From positions 1,242,001 to 1,306,000 of the forward strand of contig CM075995.1 in assembly GCA_038087875.1 (NCBI GenBank): 64,000 nt of DNA, written 5' to 3'. The notes below the pieces were generated by a model. It had not been told where the DNA came from and did no database searches. It saw nothing but the letters and a program-made list of their open reading frames with translations. Positions within the stretch are counted from its first letter, which is position 1, and each line of letters starts with the position of its first letter. Source of the stretch: Malacoraja senta. Its lineage: Eukaryota. This document shows, one piece after another, positions 22,901 to 34,900 of this stretch. A program made the translations under genes and the position numbers.

Positions 22901-25900
22901 TTTTCCACCATCTGCAGTTCCTTCTTAAGCATGATTACAATCGAGCTGTTTCGAGTGTGTGGATTTGTGATAAGAGAATAATGTGTAGTGCAACTAAAAC
23001 CAGCCAAGTCCGATCAAGGATCAAGTCCGAGGGATCACCAAAGAGGTAAATAGTAGTTCAGCACTTTATTTGATGGGCCGAATGGCCTAGTTAATTGCCC
23101 CATATAAGCTAGTGCCATTTGAAGCAGGCCAGTTTCTCTTCAGATAATGCAGTTGGGTTGTTGTGTCGAGGGGAGATTCCTTGCTGGGAGTGAATCCTTT
23201 GAAGCCGATGGATATTCTGCCAGGCTGCATCCACAATATTGGTTCATGAGCAATGCATGAACGGCGTAGGCAGCCAAGCAATAAACCTGGCAATGAAATC
23301 TGGAAATGCTACCCAGGAAATAAGAAGGCACAATTGATCAAGTTGCCATTGATTATTTTACACACGGTAAAAGCATCTGCAGTTTTGGAATGATAATGCA
23401 AATGTGAGGCTGTTTCTTATTCTGAAGCCATCGACTGGAAGTGTTGGCTTGGGAATAGGTGATAATGAAGGGACATAAGGACACGAACAGTGGAACTAGT
23501 AGGGTTATCCTTGATTATGCTGCTGGCTTTGCTGAGGCAGCGTGAGGTATAAATGGAGTCAATGGAAGGGAGGTTGGTTTGTGTGATGGTCTGGGCTGCG
23601 TCCACAATTCGCTGCAATGTCTTGCGGTCTTGGATGGAGCTGTTCCAAACCATGCTGTCTTCTTCTTGCGTATGGCGTGCACAGCCTAAAGTTGTAGGAC
23701 AACTTGTTCTATTTGATTGTGCACGCTGGGTTGATTGCGTTCATTGAAACGGGGCAGACCACGAGAAGGTTGCAATCTCCCACCCCAACCATGCTGTGAT
23801 GCATCCTGATAAAATGCTTTCTCTATCGGATTGGTAGATGTATAGGTTCGCTTGGTCACTGTTCCCGTTCCTCAGTCTGTTATCCTTTAGCAATCTGAAT
23901 TACCACCCCCACCAGCACTCCTTGTTTGGAGGCAGTGAATCATGAGCCTAAATGGCACCTATCCACATCCTGCACAGATGCTGCCTGATCTGCTGAGCTA
24001 CTCCAGCACGTTGATGAGTTCTAGTGCTCCCCATCTTTAGGCCTATTTGTAGCTCTGATGAAACTATATTTATGTTTGGGGCCGGGAATGATGATTGTCT
24101 GTGAATAAGGTAGACAAAAGTGCTGGAGAAACTCAGCGGGTGAGGCAGCGTCTATGGAGCGAAGGGAATAGGCGACGTTTCGGGTCGAGACCCTTCAGAC
24201 TGATGTGGAGGTGAGTGGGTGGGGGGGAAAGAAGAAAGGAAGAGGCGGAGGCTGTGGGAGAGCTGGGAAGGGGAGGGGAAAGAAGGACAAAGCAGGGACT
24301 ACCTAAAATTGGAGAAGTCAATGTTCATACCGCTGGGGTGTAAACTACCCAAGCGAAATATGAGGTGTTGCTCCTCCAATTTACGGTGGGCCACACTCTG
24401 GCCATAGAGGAGGCCCAGGACAGAAAGGTCGGATTCGGAATGGGAGGGGGAGTTGAAGTGCTGAGCCACCGGGAGATCAGGTTGGTTATTACGAACCGAG
24501 CGGAGGTGTTGGGCGAAGCGATCGCCAAGCCTGCACTTGGTCTCACCGATGTAGAGCAGCTGACGCCTAGAGCAGCGGATGCAATAGATGAGGTTGGAGG
24601 AGGTGCAGGTGAACTTCTGCCGCACCTGGAATGACTGCTTGGGTCCTTGGATGGAGTCAAGGGGGAGGTCTGTGAATAAAGTAAGTTGTATGTTGCAGGC
24701 ATGAAGGGGAGAATTTTCAGATGATTAATTCCTGGAATGTATTCTTCTGTTGTGGAAGGGTCCCAGACCCAAGAAGTTGACAGTTTTTCCTTTTCACGTG
24801 CTGTTTCACCTAGATTTTCACCAGCATTTTCCATTTCGGCTGCAGTTCTACAGTGAATGTCAAGGGCTGTATGGGTGAATGTAGTTTTATGTTGGGGATA
24901 GGAAAATCGAGTGCTAGAGTGCATAGGCTTAATGTGAGAGATGAAAGATTTAATGGGAACCCGAGGGGCGAAATGTTTCTACAAAGAGTGTTATACATGG
25001 ATTGAGCTAGCCATGATCACATTGAATGGCAGTGCTGGCTCGAAGGGTCGAATGGCCTACTCCTGCACCTATTGTCTATTGAGCTGCCAGATTAATTAGT
25101 TGGGGCAGATACGCTAACAACATTGGAAACAAATTTGGAAGGTACACGTTTGAGAGACATGGGTCAAATGTTGAAAATGGGACGAGCGTAGATAGGCACT
25201 TTGGTGTCGACCAGATGGGCCTATTTCCATGCTGTATGGCTCTATGGATGGGGTTATGGAAGTTTGTGATTGGTAGCTGTGCAGCATGGAAACAGGCGCT
25301 AGGGCCCAACTTGCCCATGCTGACCAAGATACACATGCTGCACAGCTACACATGTCTCAACTCACCACGTTTGGCCCATGTACCTTAACACTCAGTCTGG
25401 CTACAGGAGTGCTGATGCAGGATTCCAAAGAAGTTAATCTGCAAGTCTAATCAGCAGTGAAGAAAGTAAACTCAATGCTAGCATTTATTTCAAGAGGGCT
25501 TGTATACAAAAACAGGGATGTAATGCTGAGGCGCAGGTACGACCGCATTTGGAATATTGTGAGCTATTTTGGGTAGCATATCTGAGGATGGATGTGCTGG
25601 CTCTGGAGAGGATCCAGAGGAGGTTTTACAAGAATGATCCCAGGAATGAGTAGGTTAACCTACAGGCACTGGGCCTGTACTCGCTGGAATTTAGAAGAAT
25701 GAGGGGGGGGACTTCATTGGAACATACAGACTAGTGAAAGGCTTGGATAAAGTGGATGTGGAGAGGATGTTTCCACTAGTGGGAGAGTCCAGGATTACAG
25801 GTCATAGCCTCAGAATCAAAGGATGTTCCTTTAGGAAGGAGATGAGAAGGAATTTCTTTAGTCAGAGGGTGGTGAATCTGTGGAATTCTTTGCCACAGAA

Positions 25901-28900
25901 GGCTGGATGCCAAGTCAATGGGTATTTTTAAAGCAGAGATAGATAGATAGATTCTTGATTAGTACGGGTGTCATGAGTTACGGGGAGAAAGCAGGAGAAT
26001 GGTGTTAGGAGGGAGAGATAGATCAGCCATCATTGAATGGTGGAGTAGATGTGTCCTCCGCTGAATGGCCTAATTCTGCTCCTATCACGTGACCTTATGA
26101 CCATTTCTATTGAGGCACAATTAACGTCACAGAGCAAGAAACGTAGCTCTTGCTTTCATTTTCATTTTGCTTCATCATTTGTCTTATCTTCCTCCACTTT
26201 CAAGCCCCTATTTGGAGGAATACAGTGGTGAAGTACAGTGGCTTGCAAAAGTATTCATTACCCCTTGAACGTTTCCACATTTTGTCACGTTACAACCACA
26301 AACGTAAATGTATTTTATTGGGATTTTATGTGATAGACCAACACAAAGTGGCGCATAATTGTGAAGTGGAAGGAAAATGATACATGGTTTTCAAATTTTT
26401 TTACAAATAAAAAATTGAAAAGTGTCGCGTGCAAAAGTATTCAGCCCCCTTTACTCTGATACCCCTAAATAAAATCCAGTGCAACCAATTGCTTTCAGAA
26501 GTCACCTAATTAGTAAATAGAGTCCACTTGTGTGTAATCTAATCTCAGTATAAATACAGCTGTTCTGTGAAGGCCTCAGAGGTTTGTTAGAGAACATTAG
26601 TGAACAAACAGCATCATGAAGCCCAAGGAACACACCAGACAGGTCAGGGATAAAGTTGTGGAGAAGTTTAAAGCAGGGTTAGGTTATAAAAAAATATCCC
26701 AAGCTTTGAACATCTCACGGAGCACTGTTCAATCCATCATCCGAAAATGGAAAGAGTATGGCACAACTGCAAACCTACCAAGACATGGCCGTCCACCTAA
26801 ACTGACAGGCCGGGCAAGGAGAGCATTGATCAGAGAAGCAGCCAAGAGGCCCATGGTAACTCTGGAGGAGCTGCAGAGATCCACAGCTCAGGTGGGAGAA
26901 TCTGTCCACAGGACAACTATTAGTCGTGCACTCCACAAATCGGGCCTTTATGGAAGAGTGGCAAGAAGAAAGCCATAAGAAGTCCCGTTTGCAGTTTGCC
27001 ACAAGCCATGTGGGGGACACAGCAAACATGTGGAGGAAGGTGTTCTGGTCCGATGAGACCAAAATTGAAGGTTTTGGCCTAAATGCAAAACGCTATGTGT
27101 GGCGGAAACCTAACACTGCACATCACCCTGAACACACCATCCCCACTGTGAAACATGGTGGTGGCAGCATCATGCTGTGGGGATGCTTTTCTTCAGCAGG
27201 GACAGGGAAGCTGGTCAGAGTTGATGGGAAGATGGATGGAGCCAAATACAGGGCAATCTTGGAAGAAAACCTGTTAGACTCTGCAAAAGACTTGAGACTG
27301 GGGCGGAGGTTCACCTTCCAGCAGGACAACGAACCTAAACATACAGCCAGAGCTACAATGGAATGGTTTAGATCAAAGCATATTCATGTGTTAGAATGGC
27401 CCAATCAAAGTCCAGACCTAAATCCAATTGAGAATCTCTGGCAAGACTTGAAAATTGCTGTTCACAGACGCTCTCCATCCAATCTGACTGAGCTTGAGCT
27501 ATTTTGCAAAGAAGAATGGGCAAAAATTTCAGTCTCTAGATGTGCAAAGCTGGTAGAGACATACCCCAAAAGACTTGCAGCTGTAATTGCAGCGAAAGGG
27601 TTCTACAAAGTATTCTCAGGAGTCTGAATACTTTTGCAGCTGACACTTTTCAGTTTTTTATTTGTAAAAAAATTTGAAAACCATGTATCATTTTCCTTCC
27701 ACTGTCACAATAATGCACCACTTTGTGTTGGTCTATCACATAAAATCCCAATAAAATACATTTACGTTTGTGGTTGTAACGTGACAAAATGTGGAAAAGT
27801 TCGAGGGCTATGAAAACTTTTGCAAGCCTCTGTAACTGCGGGTCAGGCAGCATCACTGCAGGACACAGTGCTGCAGCGGTCGAGTTGCTGCCTTACAGTG
27901 CCAAAGAGCCGGGTTCAATCCTGACTACGGGTGCTGTCTGTACGGAGTTTGTACATTCTCCCAGTGACCTGCGTTTATTTCTCTGGGATCTCCGTTACCT
28001 CCCACACTCCAAGGACATACATGTTTGTAGCTTAAATGGCTTCGGTAAAATTGTAAATTGTCCTTAGTTTATGTAGGATAGTGCTAAGTGTGGGATCGCT
28101 GGTTGGCTTGGACTCGTGGGTCGAAGGCCGGTTTCCCCACTGTATCTCTAAACTAAAACTAAACTAACATAGAAAGGCAACATTTTAGGTTGGGTCCCTC
28201 TTCACATGCAGAGTCTTCCACAGATGCTGCCTGACCTGCTGAGTTACTCCAGCACTTTGTGCTCAATGCAAGATTCCAGCATCTGCGGTTCCTTGTGGCC
28301 CCTATTTGAAGGGTTTTGTTTGGCCAAGTTACGTAATGCTATAATTATGTGTAGGGACGAACTGCAGTTGCTTGTATAAACCGAAGACAGACGCAAAATA
28401 AGCAGGAAGAAGGGTCTCAACAGCAAACGTCACCCATTCATTTTCTCCAGAGATGCTGTCTGACCCGCTGAGTTACTCCAGCTGATTGTGTCTGTCTTCA
28501 TGCGATCATATTACTTCATTAAGTGACAGGAGCCAGAATTAGGCCATTCGGCCCATCAAGCCCACTACTCCATTCAATCGTGGCTGATCTATCTTTCCCT
28601 CTGAATCCTATTCTCTTGCCTTCTCCCCATAGCCTCTGACACCTGTACTAATCAAGAATCTATCTATCTATCTCTGCCGTAAAAAGATCCACTGACTTGG
28701 CCTCCACGCCGACTTGTGTTTTAGCTTACTTGAATACAATCACATTTTGGAAAATGAGCTGGTTTACAATTACTTTGAAGTGATTCCAGGTGCCGTGACG
28801 ATATCTAATCAGTAATTATTCTTGTCCCAAGGTTTTATTTGCAGATTATGATGTTTATGGTTAATTAGATTGAACAAAAACATATAGATCTGAACTTGGA

Positions 28901-31900
28901 ATGTTCATTGCCTGAGAAGAAATGCGGTTAATTAGTTATTTGCGTGAAGATTTCAGTGTATTATTGCAGGTTGACTGTCATGTTCACAATTCATCTGCAT
29001 TGATAGTGGTGCACAACAGGTCGTTCGCGTTTACCCCCACCTTGGCTTGTTCTCATTGCCTGAATGATTGGGCTCTTTAATTCTCACACTGTAGCCCATA
29101 TAGTTATATAATAACTGGTTTCGAGTTTGATTGGAATTGTGCAGTTCTCAGATTTTACCACCAAGCTTGAGTTACATGTTCTTTCTTGAAAGTCAACTTT
29201 GTTTAGGGAAGGAACTGCACATGCTGGTTTAAATTTAAGATAGATGCAAAAATGATGGAGTAACTCAGCGGTACAGGCAGCATCTCTGGAGAGAAGCTAC
29301 GGGTGATGTTTCAGGTCGAGACCCTTCTTAACCTTAAAAGGAAATGGTCTCGACCCAAAATGTCACCCATTCCTTCTCTCCAGAGATTCCTTCTCTCCAG
29401 ACTGCCTGTCCCACAGAGTTAATCCAGCATTTTGTGTCTAGCTTTGTGAAGTCTTGTTGAGTTTCATTTTGTTCCTGTTGATGTCATTTTACATTTTGGA
29501 GTTTTTCCAAGATGATTTGTGGAAACAAAGAACTGCACATGCTGATTTATTCCAAAGATAGACAAAGTGCTGGAGTAACTCAGCAGGTCAGGCAGCATCT
29601 CTGGAGATTAAGGATAGGTGATGTTTCAATTCGGGGCCCTTCTTTAGACGCGACATGAATCATCACCTATCCTTTCCAGAGATGCTGCATGACCCGTTGA
29701 GTTACTCCAGAACTTTGTCTACCTACAAGTGGGTTTATTTGTCATATGGTCTGACTAAATGGCGTCAAGTTGGGAAAAGGGGAAGTACAACGGGATTTGG
29801 GGGTCCTTGTACATCAGTCTATGAAAGTAAGCATGCAGGTACAGCAGGCAGTGGAAGAAAGCAAATGGCATGTTGGCCTTTATAACAAGAGGAATCAAAT
29901 ATAGGAGCAAAGAGGTCCTTCTGCAGTTGTACAGAACCCTAGTGAGACCACACCTGGAGTATTGTGTGCAGTTTTGGTCCCCTAATTTGAGGAAGGACAT
30001 TCTTGCTATTGAGGGAGGGCAGCGTAGGTTTACAAGGTTAATTCCCGGGATGGCGGGACTGTCATATGCTGAGAGAATGGAGCAGCTGGACTTGTACACT
30101 CTGGAGTTTAGAAGGATGAGAGGGGATCTCATTGAAACATATAAGATTGTTAAGGGTTTGGACACGTAGAAGCAGGAAACATGTTCCCGATGTTGGGGGA
30201 GTCCACAACCAGGGGCCACAGTTTAAGAATAAGGAGTAAGCCATTTAGAACGGAGACGAGGAAACACTTTTTCTCACAGAGTGGTGAGTCTGTGGAATTC
30301 TCTGTCTCAGAGGGCGGTGGAGGCAGGTTCTCTGAATGCTTTCAAGAGAGCTAGATAGGGCTCTTAAAAATAGGGGAGTCAGGGGATATGGGGAGAAGGC
30401 AGGAACGGGGTACTGATTGGGGATGATCAGCCATGATCACATTGAATGGTGGTGCTGGCTCGAAGGGCCGAAGGGCCTACTCCTGCCGCTATTGTCTATT
30501 GTCTGGTTAAAAACTGCATCAATGAAAATCTTTAAGAAGGAACTGCATATGCTGGAAAATCGAAGGTAGACAAAAGTGCTGGAGAAACTCAGCGGGTGAG
30601 GGATCTCACCTGGTGAAGGTTTAAATGGACATTAGAGCCAAAAGGACGAAAAGAACAAATTATGTAATATGTCAGTTATTCTAAGTAAACTCGACCATGA
30701 TGGTAGAAAAATCCAAATTATGCAGAAGAACCTTAGTCGTGCAAAATCTATAGTGGTTCTGTGCTGAGGTAGGGTTGTGGTTAATTTTGTGTTGGGTGCT
30801 TCAAGAACCTGCTGGTTGATGGGCGGAGGCTGTTCTGGAATGTGCAGATAATATTTTTTGGCCTCTTGTGCCACCTTCCTGGCCACTCGATTCTGCCTCC
30901 CCTGACCAGCTCTGCTCTCTTCAGTCGCTGCTTATATAATAATAATAATAATAATCATTTTATTTACTGGCACCTTTCTAAAACCCAAGGACACCTTACA
31001 ATGCATAGAATCACAAAAAAAAATACAAAACACATAATCGGAATAAATTAAATATAAAAACACCACAGTACACAAATCAAGGACAGAATTCAATTTCAAG
31101 AGCACCAAAAGAAAATAAGAAACACAATTTGAGGAGAGAGCAGCGGCGACCAATTCGCGCCAGCGTCCACTCTCCCCTCCGACCGCCATCTTGTGCACGG
31201 ACTGACAGGCACAGCACACAAAATCATCCCCCCACAATGACCACCACTGTGGGGGAAGGCACAATGTCCAATCCCCAACCCAGTTCTCCCCAGAGTCAGG
31301 CCCATCGAGGCCACCACAGTTGCCTCTACGGAGGCCCGATGTTCCTGGCCGTCGGGAGAGTCTTCGGAGCGGTTGGAACGGCCGGTTTCCGACGGAGTCG
31401 ATGGCACCTGAAGCCGACAGGGCCGCGCCGATTTGGAGCCACGAGGCTCCCGATGTTGGAGTCGGCGCCGCCGCCCGCAGCTGGTCGCTCCGCAGTCCCG
31501 CAGCCCGGAGGTGTTGGTGTCGGCGGTCAGCGCATACCGGAGCTCCAGCGCGTCGTTCCAGCGCGGCGACCCAGGCAAGGCATCGCCCGCTACGCTCCCC
31601 GATAGCGCTCCAGCGCTGTGCCGCCACCGAAGCTGAAGGTGCTGGGCGGTCCCCGTCAGGAAACGGCGCTCCATGCCCGCTGGTAGGCCACGAGGACGGG
31701 TCGACGAGGCAGCCTGGAGAAAAAGCTGCCTCACCGACCAGGTAGGGACCTAGAAATAGTTACCCCCTTACCCCCCCCACATTAAAAGTCAAAACCCCCC
31801 AAACAAACAAAGAAATTAGAAACACTAAAACAAAAGAAAGAGTGAATTTGACGGACGGCTGCTGTTTAGCAGCCGTTCCTCCAAGATGACGGCTCCTCCT

Positions 31901-34900
31901 GATATGCACGATAAAGGAGCAGAGCCAGGTGATCCAAATGTTTCCGGAGTAAGGGTGAAGTTTGGCGTGAGAGGTGTCTCTCGTGGTGCATCAGTTGTTA
32001 TGTTTGATCCAGTGGTATTGCAGGGGATGTGCTAATGGAACCTTGGAAGTGTCCTCCCCCAGCCAGCCTTGTTGAAGTCATAGTTATAGAGTCCGGCAGA
32101 GTGGAAACATGCCCTTCGGCCCAACCTGTCCCATCTACACTCGGCCCGCCTGCCCTCGATTGGCCCATATCCCTCCAAGCGTATATTATCCATGTACCTT
32201 GCCTCAACTAACACCACCGGGTGGCTCCAGCAATAGCTGCCTCGCCAACTGTCTGTCTGTCCCTTCCTTCTCTGTTGTTCTATGGGGGGGGGGGGGGTTT
32301 GGGGGAAAACATTTTTATAAAACCTCACCTCGACGGAGATGGGATTTTTTTCCGGATCGTATCTCCGTCAGCACTGCGGCCTAACATCGAGGAGCCTGAG
32401 GTCTTTGCTGGAGACCGACTTCGGGAGCTCCAACCGCGGAATCCTGCAGGACTTTAACATCGTGGAGCTCGCGGTCTTTGGTTATAGACATAGAAACATA
32501 GAAAATAGGTGCAGGAGTAGGCCATTCGGCTCTTCGAGCCTGCACCGCCATTCAATATGATCATGGCTGATCATCCAACTCAGTATCCCGTGCCTGCCTT
32601 CTCTCCATACCCCCTGATCCCTTTAGCCACAAGGGCCACATCTAACTCCCTCTTAAATATAGCCAATGAACTGGCCTCAACTACCTTCTGTGGCAGAGAA
32701 TTCCACAGATTCACCACTCTCTGTGTGAAAAATGTTTTTCTCATCTCGGTCCTAAAAGACTTCCTCCTTATCCTTAAACTGTGACCCCTTGTTCTGAACT
32801 TCCCCAACATCGGGAACAATCTTCCTGCATCTAGCCTGTCCAACCCCTTAAAAATTGTGTACGTTTCTATAAGATCCCCCCTCAATCTTCTAAATTCTAG
32901 CGAGTACAAGCAGAGTCTATCCAGTCTTTCTTCATATGAAAGTCCTGACATCCCAGTAATCAGTCTGGTGAACCTTCTCTGTACTCCCTCTATGGCAAGA
33001 ATGTCTTTCCTCAGATTAGGAGACCAAAACTGTACGCAATACTCCAGGTGTGGTCTCACCAAGACACTGTACAACTGCAGTAGAACCTCCCTGCTCTTAT
33101 ACTCAAATCCTTTTGCTATGAATGCTAACATACCATTCGCTTTCTTCACTGCCTGCTGCACCTGCATGCCCACTTTCAATGACTGGTGTACCATGACACC
33201 CAGGTCTCGTTGCATCTCCCCTTTTCCTAATCGGCCACCATTCAGATAATAGTCTACTTTCCTGTTTTTGCCACCAAAGTGGATAACCTCACATTTATCC
33301 ACATTATACTGCTTCTGCCATGCATTTGCCCACTCACCCAACCTATCCAAGTCACCTTGCAGCCTCCTAGCATCCTCCTCACAGCTAAGACTGCCCCCCA
33401 GCTTCGTGTCATCTGCAAACTTGGAGATGTTGCATTCAATTCCCTCGACCAAATCATTAATATATATTGTAAATAGCTGGGGTCCCAGCACTGAGCCTTG
33501 CGGTACCCCACTAGTCACTGCCTGCCATTCTGAAAAGGACCCGTTTACTCCTACTCTTTGCTTCCTGTCTGCCAGCCAGTTCTCTATCCACATCAATACT
33601 GAACCCCAATATGTGCAGGAGTAGGCCTTTCGGCCCTTGGAGCCAGCACTGCCATTCAATGTGATCATGGCTGATCATCCCCAATCAGTACCCCATTCCT
33701 GCCTTCTCCCCATATCCCCTGACTCCGCTATCTTTAAGAGCCCTATCTAGCTCTCTCTTGAAACCGGCCTCCACCGCCCTCTGAGGCAGAGAATTCCACA
33801 GACTCACAACTGTCTGTGTGAAAAAGTGTTTCCTCATCTCCGTTGTAAATGGCTTACCCCTTATTCTTAAACTGTGGCCCCTGGTTCTGGACTCCCCCAT
33901 CATCGGGAACATTAGAGACCGACTTCGGGAGCTCCAAGCCACGGGAGCTTCGATCGCCCCGACGGATTGTTCGACTGCGGCAGAAAAATGAGGGTAGAAG
34001 ATTAGACTTTATTGCCTTCCATCACTGTGGGGAATGTGCTGTGGTGGATGTTTATGTTAACTTGTGTAGTTGTGTGTCTTGTTGCTTTTTTTTAAAGTAT
34101 GGCTGTATGGTAATACGAATATCACTGTACACATTGGTACACGTAACAGTAAAAGACGTTTGAAACCTTTGAACCTAAGAACTACTTCCTCTGCATTGAT
34201 GTTGAAGGCATCAGGACCATGTTTGTTGACCATGGCTTATAATTCAAGTGTCAGTCGAACATCTGCCTTTGGTGGGTTGCTGAGTTGCAGACGTCGGACG
34301 TGACCGCCATGTCTGAGCACAACAAAGGGTTTACCACGGGGCAGACACTGCCACCTTTACCACGAGACCACCACCTATCTCATCCTTTTGCTGATAATTC
34401 TGTCCAGTCCACACGATAAATGGAGAAATCTGTGTGTGTTTGGGGAGCTTGGGATGTGCCATGTTTCTGAAACAAGGTACACAGCATTCCCTCCAGTCCT
34501 CAATCATCTTTTCCAGGGGCTTTAGACTGGCCAAGAGGTGTTGGGGATGGTTTCACTCCATTTAGAGATACAGCGTGGAAACGGGGCCCTTCGGCCCACG
34601 GAGTCCGCGTTCCCGGTACATTAGCACTGTGCTGCACGCTAGGAACAATTTTACAATTAGTTTTTTCCCCACAAGCCAAATTAACCTACTGGCCTGTACG
34701 TCTTTGGAGGGTGGGAGGAAACCGGAGCACCCGAGGAAAACCCATGCTGGCACGGGAGAAGGTACAAATTCCGTACAAACAGCACCCGTAGTCGGGATCG
34801 AACCCAGGTCTCTGGCGCTGCATTCGCTTTAAGATGGCAACTCTACCGTGACCGCCCTCATTAGATTGTTTTTCATTGCTACAGGCAAAAAGAAGATTGG

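Larger units (their letters stand above)
23500..23825 (-). mobile_element. Rex1/Babar-like LINE fragment, interrupted
   Basis: [37 protein letters not shown]; split by the 23659-23786 insertion. Confidence 0.75.

Noticed and set aside
30932..31745. Overlapping 140-230 aa ORFs
   Set aside because: GC-rich repeat lacking stops; no domain recognisable.
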